Shown here: positions 36,154 to 50,810 of the stretch, one piece after another
Layout of the letters: every line of letters begins with the position of its first letter
How positions within the stretch are numbered: the first letter of the stretch is position 1
NCBI GenBank assembly: GCA_040954595.2
Contig: CM082586.2
Span: 8,153,337 to 8,217,336, forward strand
Reading direction: 5' to 3'
Source: Balanoglossus misakiensis
Taxonomy: Eukaryota; Animalia; Hemichordata
Length of the DNA: 64,000 nt
The notes under the pieces: model-generated
The model's database searches: none
What the model was told of the DNA's origin: nothing
The model's input: only the letters and a program-made list of their open reading frames with translations
Position numbers and translations under genes: made by a program

Positions 36154-39100
36154 ACACAGCAACAGACGTGTATCTTGGAAGTGACGAAGAAAACAAAGAA
36201 ACGGTGAGAATTTCACCAATACACTCAGAACAATAGTGTCACCGAGTATGAAGGGAAACATGAATAGAATTGGTGTAATAATGTGAATACTAGTATGTTT
36301 CACAATAACTTACAACATTAAATATTGTAGAATACTAATATTTTATATGTTGGATACAGTGGCTAGTCAGACTATGCTGCTAAATGAATAAAATCTCACA
36401 ATTATTCCAGGAATAAATTAAAAAGGATATTAAATTAACAGAGATGTAAATTTAAATTGTTGACAATGTGCTGTGGGCAATTGCAGAATCCCTCAAAAGA
36501 AAGCTCTGATACCGTGTAAAGAAAATAACACAAATATCAGATCTGAGGGTAAGCAATTTGTTTCAGAAACTCTGAGAGATTCCCAAAAGTTAACAAACTC
36601 AGTAAATAGTGAGCATCACATTTGGTAACTAACCAGACCACAGAAAGTAGGGCAACGACCTGGAAGAATATTTGCACAGTGACAAATGAAAGCTTTTAGC
36701 AAAAGATTTTGCCGTTTAATAAGTATTTGTTTTATTGGAAAAGGAGGAACTCCTTGAATTGTGAATTTCTAAAATATACTTTATTCCTTTGGACGTAAAA
36801 GTATATACACAGCGCTAAAATCGTGCGCACAATAAGACAGTTATTTTGTAGAGATTTTGGTTTACTAGACTTCACATCATTTTGAGTTCTATCACAAATG
36901 ACGTGTTTTCAAAAATTGAAAATATTGTAAATTTATTGGTTTTAATCTGCAAATTGGGTTTTCATAAATACCGGTTGAGTGAAACGAGCGCGCCTTTAAC
37001 TGTACTGTTGAAATATGAGTTAACATTGAGATACAAAGAATACAAGGAAATATTTTAATACCCGGAAAGATGAAGAATTTCAGAACTACTTGTATCTATA
37101 ATGTGCTTCTTCAGTTTTGTTATCTTCTTTGGTTTTGTTTAAATTAGCCGATGTATTGTGAGATTTGAATTAAAAAAAAAGATCACATTTGATGTTTGGA
37201 TGTCCTTTTTCATTAAAAAAAATGATACTCATGAGTAACTACATAAATGAAAAAATGGATAAAATTATAAAATGATATGATTTATGATTTGTGATGATAA
37301 CATGATGCCAAAATTGAAATACATTTCTAGTACTGACATAAATCGTCACACCCAACGGGAAATTTACAGCTGTGAATGAAAATAAAATATTGCCAGGCTG
37401 ATATGTAAGGATGAGGAATATAAAAAGCAAAGTTGACGGAAAGAAGATGAGACCTGAGACGATGAGACCAAATAGAAAGGGAACCAAAACTGACATTTAA
37501 TGATGTCATTGACCAGTTACCTGCAGGACGACGCGTTGTGTCCATGGCTGACCTAAGGTCAAGTTTCGATAGTATTTAGGACTTTGCGTGATAACGAAAC
37601 ACGTTTATTAGCACAGAGGGAGCTATATGTGTTTAACCCTCAGAGAAAATTTAGCCAAATATCCCGCAAGAACTGTTAAAATGTTAAAACTCCGTTAAAA
37701 CTAAAGAGCAAAGTCACTACACGCCACAGATCAACTCATTTAAAATGGAGGTGGTTTTCGACGAAACCAAGGAATCCTCACACATGTCGTTATCAAAATC
37801 ACTTAAGCCCCCTCCCTCAAAATATGGCTGCTTCAAAGAAAGTTACTAATAAATCTGAGTATAATTAACAGCCAAAGTTTTTAAGTCATATCTACAAACT
37901 TTTATTGAAGTCTCTGTATCAGACGGTCCATATTTCTTGTCAACAAGCTATAAAATGTGGGTTGACATTTCAATGAGGTCATATAAAGATTACTGTATAG
38001 CACGGGCATAGGGAATACATGTACAAGGTAATTAAACCAACAGCCGCAATCTACATTGATTTCCTTATTCCTGTATGTAAGTCTCTGATTCTAAATGCAC
38101 ATCGGTTGGAAATTTGCCAGATTTAATAATAATATGTACCAATAGAAACAATCCTGTGCGCTTCTTAAGTCTTGGCAGGTCGCCAGTTTTGGCTTCAGAA
38201 GTCGGTCAATGATTGGCCTTCTCCTTATCTCTATGGTAATTAATAAATGTTAGCAGACACAAGTGCGCGTTGCTTTATGTCTTTATCAGAAATGTCTTTA
38301 AACAAACATGCATAGCTGAACTGCCAGTCTGCCGTTTGACTACAGTGGAACTTCTATTAATAGAATATGTTGAACGGGTTCACAATTTGAAGGGAGTGTG
38401 GCGCAGAATTGTCTGACAAAGAGATAACTAAGTATAGTCATAGTTTGGGGTGAGATCCCAGCCAAAATACATTTATTTATTAATTTAGCTACAGTTTCCA
38501 TGGTAAATTGAGATCAAGCCAATCACAGATTTCAGTGGGTGGCACCATATGATCTTCAGAACACTCAGAAACGCTATTTTTGCCATTTATGGACATATGT
38601 AAATTGGAGGTGGCCGTGTACCTTTAACTGAGGCTTCGGTCAAAATCGCATGCTCGAACGACAAAACCGAGCTCGAGACACGGGTGAACCAATACAAGTT
38701 GTCTGCCACCAGACATGAGTTGTCATCATTCCTCTGGGCCTGGTGTTTTCACAAGTGTAGAACACACAACATAGACATAGGTTGGGCCGTGACTTGTCAA
38801 CCGAATTATGTTTAAAACGCCCATTGAGTTGACTGGTGGGACCAATACTGACAATGAGGCAATAACGCATGAATTGTTGCCTGATTATAGGGATAGATGT
38901 GACGAATTTCAAAAGCCAAGTTGTACTATACGAAACAGTGACAGGCATTGTGTAAGTTTTTTTCCAAAGCGGTTTCTATCAGGACATTGTGAGCAAGTAG
39001 GAAGGGAAATTAAACTGAAGAACGAAGTTTGTACAACTCACAGATTAGTCAATTGGAAATGGATGTGGTCATCGGCGAAACCATTGAAGGAATCGTCGCA

Positions 39101-39877
39101 TACATGTATGTCGTTATCAAATTCACTTATGTTCCCTCCCCAGAATATGAATGATTCAAAGAAAGCTGCCAATAAATCCTGTGTTATTTTATAACAGCCA
39201 GAGTTTTAAATTCATATCTCCAAACTTGTATTGCAACAGACGATCCATAGTTCTTGTCAACAAGCCAGAAAATAATTATTCACATTCCAATGAGTTCATA
39301 TAGATATTACTGTATAGTCGGACAAGGGGTCATACAAGGGAATTAAACCAACAGCCGTGATCTACATTGATTTCCCTACTCCTGAGTATGAGTCTCTGAT
39401 TCTAAATCCACGTCGGGTCAAAATTCACCACATTTAGTAATAATGTCTATCGATGGAAAAAATCGTGCGCTCTTATTAACTTTTTGGCGTACCAGGCAGT
39501 TCGCAGTTTGGGCCAATAAAGTTGGTCAATTATTGGCCCTCTCCTTATCTCCATGGTTATCAATAAATGTCAGCCAGTCAGACATGTCTCAACACAAACA
39601 TGCATAGCTGCCAAAACTGACAGCCCGCCCTTTGACCACAGCGGAACTTGTATTAATAGAATATGTCGTAGGGGTTTACAATTTGTAATACGGGGGTGGG
39701 ATGGGTGGGGTGAGGTGGTGTGGGTGGGGGCGCAGACTTGTCTTACATTGAGAAAACCCAGAATAGTCATAGTTTGTGGAGGGGGGGGGGATGAGATCCC
39801 AGCCAAAATACAGTGCACGTGAAACCTGTCATTACGGACACCCCTCTATTAAGGACAGATGTTTTAAGACAAATGTC

Positions 39878-40132
39878 TTTAACATGTACAACCTACAAAA
39901 ACAAGACTTATGGCGGCCGTGCCTTCTCCTATGCAGCCCCTAAACTGTGGAACGCACTACCTCTTGACATCAGGGAATCAACAAACCTGGAGACTTTCAA
40001 AAGAAAACTGAAAACTCATATGTTCGAAAGAGCATACAGTGTGGTTTAACCATGAGCGTCATTGGGCAAAATTTCTTTTTGGATTTTGGCGCTATATAAA
40101 CTTTGTTGATTGATTGATTGATTGATTGATTG
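39878..40132 (+). mobile_element. 5'-truncated L2-clade LINE 3' end
   Basis: Encodes GRAFSYAAPKLWNALPLDIRESTNLETFKRKLKTHMF and ends in a (GATT)n tail. TSD AAATGTC at 39871-39877 and 40133-40139. Absent from the other spacer copies. Confidence 0.9.
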
Positions 40133-41232
40133 AAATGTCACTGTTGGAATAGAATTTTACCTGTCTATTAGACTAGCCCACTAGTCGCTTGGTGATTTTT
40201 GAATCTCAATACTTTTTGTTTTTGCGGTGTTTTTTTTTGTATTAATAAATAATTTCAAAACTTTTTGCGTGCATGCTTGCTTTGAGCGTGTTTCTAGTAG
40301 TGAGTTTAGTTTCGAATTTTGGACTGAGCTCACGGTTTCGGTTAGCGTCGACCAAGCATACGCGTTCCCTTGACGTACATACGCGCTCACACTCGGTGAT
40401 TTTTACTCCACACACGGTACATAGAGAAATTCGGAACAAGTTTTTAAAATGTTTTTATTATGAAATAATGAAGCCAATAGACTTGGAGCAAGTCTACCTG
40501 TCTATGGACGCCTCTCAGATTTTCGGTTCCCAGAGGTGTCCTTAATAGACAGGTTTCACATTTATTCTTATATTATTTGCTTATTTCATCATGACTTTGC
40601 AATTATTTGATTATTTCTTCTTCATTTAAAATTAAACTAAATTTGAAACTTCAAACCAATCACTCAGGTGCGAGTGTTAGTTTAGCTTAAAGGATGCCGA
40701 CAATGCAAAGTGACAAAATAAACCTGATAATCGCACTTCATATATGAACCATTACAGACGGGCCACGACATGCGATCATCTCAACGATGCTGCATTTGAC
40801 ACGCATGCCATGTCGTGCATGTGAGTGCTAATGTCCATGAAATATAATTCTAGACTGACCAACTCCAGCAACATTCGTCTGGTCTTATGGGTAAACGAGC
40901 ATGGAGACACGTGTATTGGTCAGAACGTTTGACGTCAACGAATTCACTGACATTGACAAAGCCATGCAATCATAATATTGTATGTCCCAATGGCCGACAA
41001 TGGATGGGTTCAAGTACAAGCTGTGCTCTATATAATGTATGCTGCAGTCCATGATGGGCCGTTGAGGCGTACGTTGTTGATTAATAAATATGCGTGTATC
41101 GCATGCCATAATCTTCACTGTACATTTCTGGTCCGAAGTCCAATAACTCTAACCGTCCAAGATGGCGAGCTGTTACCAGCGTATTTCGGTCTATCTTACT
41201 GCATTAAGCTGATATTTTGTTTGGATATAACC

Positions 41233-44200
41233 ATGACGACCACTAGCAGCGACATTCTCCCTCTCAGAGCGTTATTCTTCAGTTTAGATGGCGAACTGGG
41301 TGAGAAGGAGGTAAAAAAACTGAAACATGCACTGTCCAGTAGCCACATTAGTGCAAGGGACGCGGAGAATGCAGAAACTGCACTGGACATATTCATGCTA
41401 CTAGAAACGCGTGGTTTTGTGTCCAATACGAATGTGGATCTACTTGTAAACCTGATGAAACATTTAAAGCTCCCAAAGTTACAGAAAGAAGTGGAGAAGT
41501 TCAAGAGACAATCAACTTCAATGGTAGCAGGTAAGGCGTTATTAGAATCTACCACTACCAGTTTGTTAAAGAGACTACCACATGCCGCCATTGTTATGCA
41601 GACTGTAGCTCAGGGAACGGCCATGTCGCACAACAAAGTTTGGAACGGGTCGTTTGAGAGCGAATTAAAATTAAAAGAAATATGGAGCATATTCAAACAC
41701 AACGGAAGTATTTGGGTTGTATTGCTTTATTTGGTAATTTAATTCGAATCAATCCGATCAGAAAGGGAAGTTTGAACTGAGTGTACGTGTGTTAACATGA
41801 AAAGCCTGGCAATAAATCATGAATCAAATACTTGAATCGTGTCTCGTCATAAAGTCGCTTGTTCATGCAATGGTATCAAGGCGGTCAGCCCGGGACATTT
41901 ACTAATTGAGTACTTGTTACCCACCTCATAGCTGAGTGCCCGGTTGGTAATTGTTGGTGGTACCTGTCCTACTACACTACTTTTCGTTCATACAATGGTC
42001 GGGGAATTACCAAGGATATCAAAACGTCACGAATACTTCGCTGCTGTCAGAATCGTAAGCTGTCCCATCATTCAAATCGCAGCGGAAAGGCCAATTTCAT
42101 GTATTGAACTCCGTCACAACATAATTATAGAATAAAACCGCACATGAATCATGACTCTAATATGAGTATAACCATAATTTCCCGAAGTTCAGTCTCACTT
42201 CTACAGGCACAGTATCGTTCAAAAATGTGTCTAAATGTTGGCCATCATGTAAAGTTTTTTTTTTATATAAAATTTTAGCGTGAATGCTACTAAATATTCG
42301 TAAAAAATACATGCTGTTAATAATATCGTCCAAAACAAATTGTTTTGGATAGAGTGTCCTTACTAAGAAATGTGGTGTATTTTTACTTTAATTTTGCAGT
42401 GCAGCACTGATGTAGACAGTGCCTTCTATTCAGCTCTACGGTCATGGACACTGTGGACTTTATCAGATAAACAGATTGTCGCGGCTGTCGTCTGTAAACA
42501 TGGAGTGACTTTATTTTTCTAAATAATAGTAACTGTCACTGAAGTTGGGAACCTCGATGTACAAAAATCACCCTCCCCGTTTTTATCAAAGATGTCCTGT
42601 ATTTCAGAAAATTGTGCTGCACTTTCCAAGAATGCTTCACACTATACTCGTTAAAGCTAGTGTAGGGAAGAGATCGCATGTAATTTCCAGAAATTCTGTC
42701 GTATTATCAATGCACTTTTTACATTTTAATTTTACAAAAGGAGAAAGAAGAAGACAACACAATCTCACTGACCTACCAGGACCGGAAATGCCACCCTCCT
42801 TTGGTGAGTACCACGAAATATTTTACTTGATTTTTAGGTCAAGGTCAATAGTGATTATACGGGCCCTTTCTTAACCAACACCTGGAAGCTACTTATGCTT
42901 GCCCTAAATATAAGTTAATGCAATTCACATTTAAAGACCTTACTCAACAGTGGGCCAAATCTTTTGTTTCCAATAAACAGTTACGTGCTAACACAAAAGC
43001 TTTCTTGTTTGGCTTCATTGTTCTGCGTTGGGATCGAGAAAACGACCTTTAATTCCGTGTTTCAGTATTCATTCAAGGGGCAATGAATGCCTACTGCAGG
43101 AGTGTATGTCATGCGCAAATATGTACTCAGAAATGCCATAGGACAATTTCGTCTACGTTAATTAACTACTTTTTAAATCAAAAGTATAAAAATACAACGC
43201 GTACATTTGTACTTTATCTCCCATAGATTTCATAGTAATGCTGTCGTTGGTCTTGACATTCATGATGACGTCAACTATGGAGTATATGATGCAAGAAAAG
43301 ACCAGAGAATTACTGAGCACAGCCACAGAGATTTTTGAGAATGAGTTCAGCGAAACAATTGGTGGAAATAATCCAGAGATGAAAAGATTAATAAGAGAAG
43401 TATTTAAACGATTCGGATTGGAACAAAATAAAATGGAACGGTCCTCTGTTAAACTGACTCTGCGGTCATTGAACATTCGAAGCATAGAACGTTTCCAAGA
43501 CGGAATGGAAAGTGGTGATGTTGACAGACAGCTGACTGAAATATTTGTTACAAAGGCGATTAAAGCACTGACCAAAGACCAACCTTTAGAGTTCCGTGTG
43601 GAAGCTCACGTTGACCAATCACAATTGAAGATGGGAATACAGTACTTTAAAGGTAAGTGTTCGCTGAAAATACCTTTGTTTCTTTTTGTAGAACATTAGG
43701 GGAGAACTATTTGATTTTGAGGGGGAATTTGGTATGTTAGCAATGATTTAGGCACTGTTACCACAATTTCTTATTCGATTTTAGTCCATTCTTTTCTTCA
43801 AGGCATTACAGAAGAATTGTTTTACGTCCCAAACATCTGCCAGTTTCCCCTAGAAATCAAAAGGTTCTCCCCTATATGCCTAGCATTTCGTGATTTCTTT
43901 TATTGGCAGTTAACGTTTTTTTTATTTTGGCCAGGACAAATTAATACCCTGTTCTTTGATATGGCTCAGCCATAGTATCTGAATAGGGAATCTCGATCAT
44001 ACCACGAATAAAATGCATGACATTATTTCCATATCATTACATTGTATTTGGTTTCTCGATTTTAGTGTGAGAATTACATGTATTGTACCAACCAGCCGGG
44101 TTGACGGGTAGTGTATAGTGATTGGAATATTTTATAGCTTTTTTTTTTCTAATATTGTGTGCTGTATATGCTCACAGATTTGCACCAAGACAACAAGGTT

Positions 44201-47200
44201 TTTGCCGGAGCCAGGAGCAGAAAATTACAGCAACCGAGCCTAGATGAATTCCCCTGTGTTGATCAACTGAATTTGATTTCAACAAAATGGCCGGCCAGAC
44301 AGGAAGTTTCAAAGTTTGGTCTTGTTATGTTAAAGTGTAGTAAGAGTTTCCGTAAACGACTACAAGTGGTCACAGTACAACACGACATCGCCCACAGAAA
44401 GATCACATATCTGGAGCAGACGAAATCTCTCCAACAAGAAGAAATCAAACGGCTCCAGAGTGCCAAAGAACAAGCAGAAAAAATAGCTGTGCGTGAGAGG
44501 ACAAAACGAATTGCTCCACCAGTGGTATGTAAAAAATAAAAATACACATAATGAGGCATTTCTACGCCGAGTAAAGGTTATAAAAACGCTGTAACTTCAG
44601 CTTTAAAGTACAATAATATCTTAAGTCTGCAGCATATAAGAGAAACTTCCTGAGCAGAAAGTCATTTGAGGAATTTTGCTCAGCAAGTTTCTCTCGTGTG
44701 CAGTGGTCTTATTTAATTTTCCTCACAAGGAATCATGTCAAACACGACGAATATTTTGATCCACAGCACAAAATTAAAAAAAAATACCAAAAATCGCCGG
44801 CACACGAGAGGAAATTTGATTAGCAAAATTCTTCAAATGACTTTTTGCAGTTAATTCTCTCGTGTGCGGCAGCCTTTATACGCCGTATACACTTGCCACC
44901 CTGCAATACTCCACATTCTTCCTCATTGAACATTGCTAATAATACAAACCCTTTCTGAGAATCTTAGCCCTGTTTAAATAATGTATTTAGATGTTTTAAT
45001 AGTTTTGATGATTTCTTAATTAATACCTGAACACTAATATCACAATTGTAGGTGAGCTCTAGAGGCTAAGAAAAGTCGCCAATTGAAAATGTGAATGTTT
45101 TTCTGAGTGCATGACTTCGAGATAGTAAAAGCCACAAACACATTATCAAATGAGAAAACACACAAACAAGCATATATGAACAGTTTAAGGCAAGACTGAT
45201 CTAGCTTAGTCATAATGAAAACGGAATCCTTATATAACATAGAGACCTGTACGAAATTGCCCTGCACCCGGGGCCCTGCTATAAAATTATCACAGGATGA
45301 ATTTAGTCAACTTTTCTGCATCACTGCCAAATAAAACTTTACTCACCAATTTTGATTTTCACACTTATTTCCAGGACGAAGTTCCTCAAAAAAAGCACAG
45401 AACAGGAGACGTAGAAGAAGGTCAATGTGAAGGTTGCAAAGAAACCGAATCGCTACATAGATGCAAAGAATGCAGTGCGAAGTTTTGTTCTTCCTGTATA
45501 GTTGTCCATGAAGACACAGAAGCGGTCAAAAGTCAGAGTGACGTCACACTCGACAAATACTTAGAAGAAATAGCAAGTCAAAAATCACATCAAAGTCAAG
45601 TATACTGCAGCTTTCACACACAGAATGAAGTACATCTGTTTTGTGATAGTTGTCAAGTATGCATCTGTCCTGAATGTATTGCCAAACATCCAATTCATGA
45701 CCATGTCCACAGAGAGATACAAGAAGCAGCTGATGATTACAGACAACAACTGAGCGAGATGGTGACGAAGTTGAGAAGAAATGAACAGGCCGTCAAGTCA
45801 CGTGACACTGGAGGGGAGGGTATCAAAGATGACCTGGAAGTTCACCGCCAAGAAGAAGAGAAGAAAGTGAGAAATAAAGCAAAAGAGAGAATGAAAATGG
45901 TGAAGAGGGAAGAGTTTAGACTGGTTGAAGAATTGAATTTTGGATACAAGGCGACCAGACAAACCATTGAAAGTGAAGTCGATGACTGGGAAGAAAAACA
46001 TGGAAATATTTCCAAGGCATGCGATTATATTGACGCACTGGTGCATGATGGGAGTTCTGCTCAACTCATGTCATCCAAGAAAGCGACTATGCTTCGCATT
46101 CAAGAATTCGCTCATAAAGTGAATCAATTCATCAAATGTGAGTTGATCAAATTCAACCCTTCTGCAGACCCTCCAGAGCATGGAATGCTGGGATTACTGA
46201 CATTAGATATCAGTGCATCACAGTGTAGAGTAGAGGGCATTCCCAAACGACTCGTCAGGGGTGAGTCTGCTGACGTCATTGTTAGAATCGAAGACAGAAG
46301 AGGGAAACCAGTCATACCATACAAAGCAATCACAGCCAAGATCGGCAAAGAAGATGGGTCACAACAAGACGTTGGAGTGGTTGACAACAGAGATGGTACA
46401 CACAGTTTGAGAATTCATGCAGATGTCGGTGGTAGACATGAAGTCAGCATAACACTTGGTGATCAGCCGATACCAGGATCACCATTTGTAATTTCTGTCA
46501 AGGGTTTGGTGAAGATAATAGGCAAAGGTCAGCTTGGACGGCCAATAGGGATAACTACTAATAAACACGGTGACTTTGTTACAGCTGACTGGGGTAACAA
46601 TAGGGTACACATAGCCGACAGAGATGGAAATCACAAATCAAGTTTAACATTCACACAATTTGAAAAGCCATTTCAACCAATGGATGTGGTAATATCAGCT
46701 GATGATGAATACTTCATGACAGATTATGGCAACAAACAAGTAGTTGTAAGCGATGAGGATGGACAAGTACTCAGGCCCTTTGGACAAACTGAACTGAAAT
46801 ATCCCAATGGAATTGGTATCAGTCCTCTTGATGGCAGTGTGTATGTCACAGACTATGATGGGGAGGGTGATGACACAGACAAGGAAGGTAGTCACTGTGT
46901 CAGGAAATACACACAGCATGGTCAGCACATCAAATCCTTTGGAAAGTATGGCACTGAAGAGGGAGAATTCTTCGGACCTGCATATGTGGATATCAACAGT
47001 CAAGGAGAAGCATTTGTAACAGATCACAACAATAGCCGAGTTCAGGTGTTCAGTGCAGACTGTGAGTTTTTATACTCATTTCAAAACATCAGCACAGATG
47101 ACAGCCTGAAATGGCCCAATGGAATAGTGACAGATAAAGACGGAAATGTGTATGTCTGTGACAGAGGACACAAACGTGTGGTGAAGTTAGACAGCAGAGG

Positions 47201-47336
47201 GAGATTCATATCTCGCATTGACTGTGATGAGGACGGACTTGTGAAGCCACATGATATCACACTGACCAATGATGTGCCATGCAGAGTGGCTGTAGTTGAC
47301 TTTGAAAATGACTGCATTAAAGTGTTTGCACAATAA
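41233..47336 (+). CDS. RING-less TRIM-NHL protein with N-terminal DED and TRADD-N-like domain, copy C (~1031 aa)
   Basis: Exons 41233-41530, 42741-42803, 43227-43652, 44178-44524 and 45375-47336. GT-AG introns, same phases, open frame. Confidence 0.88.
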
Positions 47337-49329
47337 ACACAGGAGCACACGTTGTGTATCCTGGAAGTGACAAAGAAAACAAAGAAATGGTGAGAATTTC
47401 ACCAATACACGCAGAACAATAGTGTCACTGAGGATGAAGGGAAACATGAACAGAATTGGTGTACTATTGTGAATACTAGTATGTTCCACAATAACTTACA
47501 ACATAAACTAGTGTATAATACTAATATTTTATATGTTGGATATTGTGGCTAGTCAGACTATGCTGCCAAATGAATATAAACTCACAATTATTCTTGGAAT
47601 AAATTAAAAAGGATATTAAATCAACAGAGATGTAAATTTAAATTGACAATGTGTTGTGTGCAATTGCAGAATCCCTCAAAAGAAAGCTCTGATACCGTGT
47701 AAAGAAAATAACACAGATCTGAGGGTAAGCAATTTGCTTCAGAAACTCTGAGAGATTCCCAAAAGTTGACAAACTCAGTAAATAGAGAGCATCACATTTG
47801 GTAACTAAGCAGACCACAGAAAGTAGTGCAACGATCTGGAAGAATATTTGCACAGTGACAAATGAAAGCTTTTTGCAGAAGATTTTGCTGTGTAATAATT
47901 AGTATTTGTTTTACTGAGAAAAAGAGGGACTCATTGAATTGTGAATTTTTTAATATACTTTGTTCTCTTGAACATAAGTACCTATACTGCGCTTAAATCG
48001 TGCGCACAATAAGACAGTTATTTTGTAGAGATTTTGATTTTACTATACTTTCACATCATTTTCAGTTGTATCACAAATGACGTGTTTTCAAAAACCTAAA
48101 ATATTGTAAATTGATTGGTTTTAATCAGCAAATTGGGTTTTCATAAATACCGGTTGAGTGAAACGAGAGTGCCTTTAACTGTACTGTTAAAATATGAGTT
48201 TACGTTGAGATACAAAGAATACAAGGAAATGTTTTATTTCCAAGAAAGATTAAGAATTTCAGAACTACTTGTATGTATACTGTCTTTCTTCAGTTTGTTA
48301 TCTTCTTTGGTTTTGTTTAAATTAGCCGATGTATTGTGAGATTTTAATGAAAACAGATCACATTTGATGTTTGGATGTCATTTTCATTAAAAAAACTGAT
48401 ACTCAGGAGTTACTACATTAATGAAAATAATGATAAAATTATAAAATCATATGATTTATGATTTGTGATGATAACATGATGCCAAAATTGAAATACATTT
48501 CTAATACATTTACTGACATAAATAGTCACACCCCACTTGCTCCACCTGTATTCGAAAAATTTACAGCTGTGAATGAAAATAAAATATTGCCTGATATGTC
48601 GGGATGACGAATATCAAAAGCAAAGTTGACGGAAAGAAAATGAGACCTGAGACGCTGAGACCAAATAGAAAGGGAACCGAAACTGACATTTAAAGATGTC
48701 ATTATATTGACCAGTTTCCTGCAGGATGACGCATTGTGTCCATGTCTGACCTAAGTTTTTAATGCAAATGGGCCGCCAGGGCCTTGAAATGCAAATAAAC
48801 AATTCCACTAAATGATACTCTGTGTTACGTACGTGTTTCAGTCCTTGTTATGTGTGAGCTGGTTAGTACCGGTATAGCTCAAAGTACAACACAACACGCA
48901 TGCGCAAATATCAACCAAACACTCTGACGAATGTCACGTGTTCGTTATCAACAGTACTTCAGTCTATATTGTTACATCTGCATGTCAAATGTCAAAGACA
49001 ACTATTGTACAGTGGTTAATTATTGAATAGATATGGCTCTTTGCATACAGATGTTTTCTTAGGCAGTAATGTGCTTTCACTCCCTGCACTGTTCTCATGC
49101 AAATACTGCCGCTGAATATGGCAGAATTCAATCGAAACCTATACTGACAATATACTTGACCGCTATCAATGAATGACGAGACAAGGTTATCTGTGCCATG
49201 AAGACTTTAAGAGCTGCTTCTGGTGTGGTTGAACTTCGTCAGAACAGAGCGGATGGAATCTTTTTTGCAGGTGTGCAAAGAGAGGCAGACATAGTTGTTT
49301 CAGCTGGAGAAAAAGTACACTCAAAATCA

Positions 49330-49330
<1 letters not shown>

Positions 49331-49392
<62 letters not shown>
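49331..49392. repeat. (TCTA)n microsatellite
   Basis: Directly visible. Confidence 0.95.
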
Positions 49393-50124
49393 AAGACTGA
49401 CCCATGCTAGATCCAGAAAATCATGGCCACTATTTAGATATCTTCTCAACTCAAAATACAAGAAAAGATGGCAGTCAAAGGCCACCAGATGACTATCATC
49501 CTAGAGCAAGGATCAAACAGCTATTCCAGGAATTATCCATATCCAGTAAAGTTGTTACTAAGCTGTTGGAACTGAGCAGGTCACTGGAGATGGACATCTT
49601 TAAGGTAGCAGTTGTGTGCATCTGAAACAACAGAAAAGACAAGCAACCATGAGGGGCAGAGCAAGCGAAAAGGAAAGACGGAACGTGTTGAGAAGACCTT
49701 TGAACAGTTTGACTGGGATGAACTTGTAAAGATTGGAGAAATTGCCAAATTAAAGGTGCCAGAACTAGAAAAATACCAGCCAAAACATGCCATATCAATT
49801 GTTCCTGGAATGCTTAAAAAAAGACAAAGTTGAAGCAACCAGATGCCATTATTATCAGGCTGCAAAGACAGCACACCTGAGACAGAAAGCAGCAGTGATG
49901 AGAGTGACAGTGACAGCAGTTCTGATTCTAAGATGATAGAAGCAGAGTTTGGTTCAAGGGAAAGTGGGACACAGACTGTGTCTGTGTATTTCAAGAGTAC
50001 ACGTTCAGGACCAAGGGCTACATCAAGGAAGACAAAGAGGGCCAGATGTTGACATTTTAAAGTCATTGGAAGAGACAGTGTAGATGTATTTGGTTGCTTT
50101 AACCCAAGTAATATCGATAAAGTC

Positions 50125-50312
50125 CATATTTGGACGAGAGGGAAGAAAGTTTGTTGGTAGTGTTACGTACAGACATGGAAGATAGCTCTTCAATCAAAAT
50201 GTCAGACATGAAAAGTTATGGCAAAATATTGTTTCAGAAATGAATAAATCTGATGTGTATGTGTCTGTTGTACAGGCACAAGATAAGTGGAAAAATCTAA
50301 AAAGATCATGAC
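50125..50312 (+). pseudogene. Myb/SANT-like DNA-binding domain fragment (Harbinger-accessory/MSANTD-like)
   Basis: HIWTR...KLWQNIVSEMNKSDVYVSVVQAQDKWKNLKRS* with frameshifts. Confidence 0.6.
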
Positions 50313-50579
50313 AATTATTTATGCTGAATAAAAACTTATCGACATGTATTTATGCTGAATTTAACAACCTCTATGGCACAAAAGAATTCACAGAACCTAC
50401 ATGCACGGTTGATTCACTTGACATCAAAGACCTCGACAAAAAGACAGCGACAGACATGACAATAGACATGAGTACCGTACCTGGTAGAGAAAAAAATTGA
50501 TCAAAAAAGGCAAAAATTGCTCCAAAATTATAAATATGCAAATTTTCCAACAATTTAAACAAAACTATGGCATCTCAGC

Positions 50580-50810
50580 CATGCAGTTTTCAGACAAAGG
50601 GTCGTGGAGCTACTGATAGAAAGTGCTGTTGCTGCTCCGACGCCAGGGGAAAATCCAAGGGCAAGGCGGTCCACTGGATTCTATCTTCGTCGGCTCACTG
50701 AGCGACATTTCCCATCAAAGATCTGCCTAAAGAGGGAGCAACAAATCCATCTCCCTTGAGAGAATGTACCGTTTGCAAAGAAAGACTGAAGGGTACTGAT
50801 TACTAGCAGA
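50580..50810 (+). pseudogene. piggyBac transposase C-terminal fragment
   Basis: RRLTERHFPSKI...RECTVCK matches the RL..RHFP plus Cys-rich start of the PGBD C-terminus. Confidence 0.55.

Noticed and set aside
40978-41232. Long upstream in-frame extension of the copy C DED ORF
   Set aside because: It has a non-ATG start and the frame is not preserved in the other copies. The ACCATG at 41233 is the shared start.
49198-49492. ORFs with (IYLS)n repeats
   Set aside because: Translation of the TCTA microsatellite.
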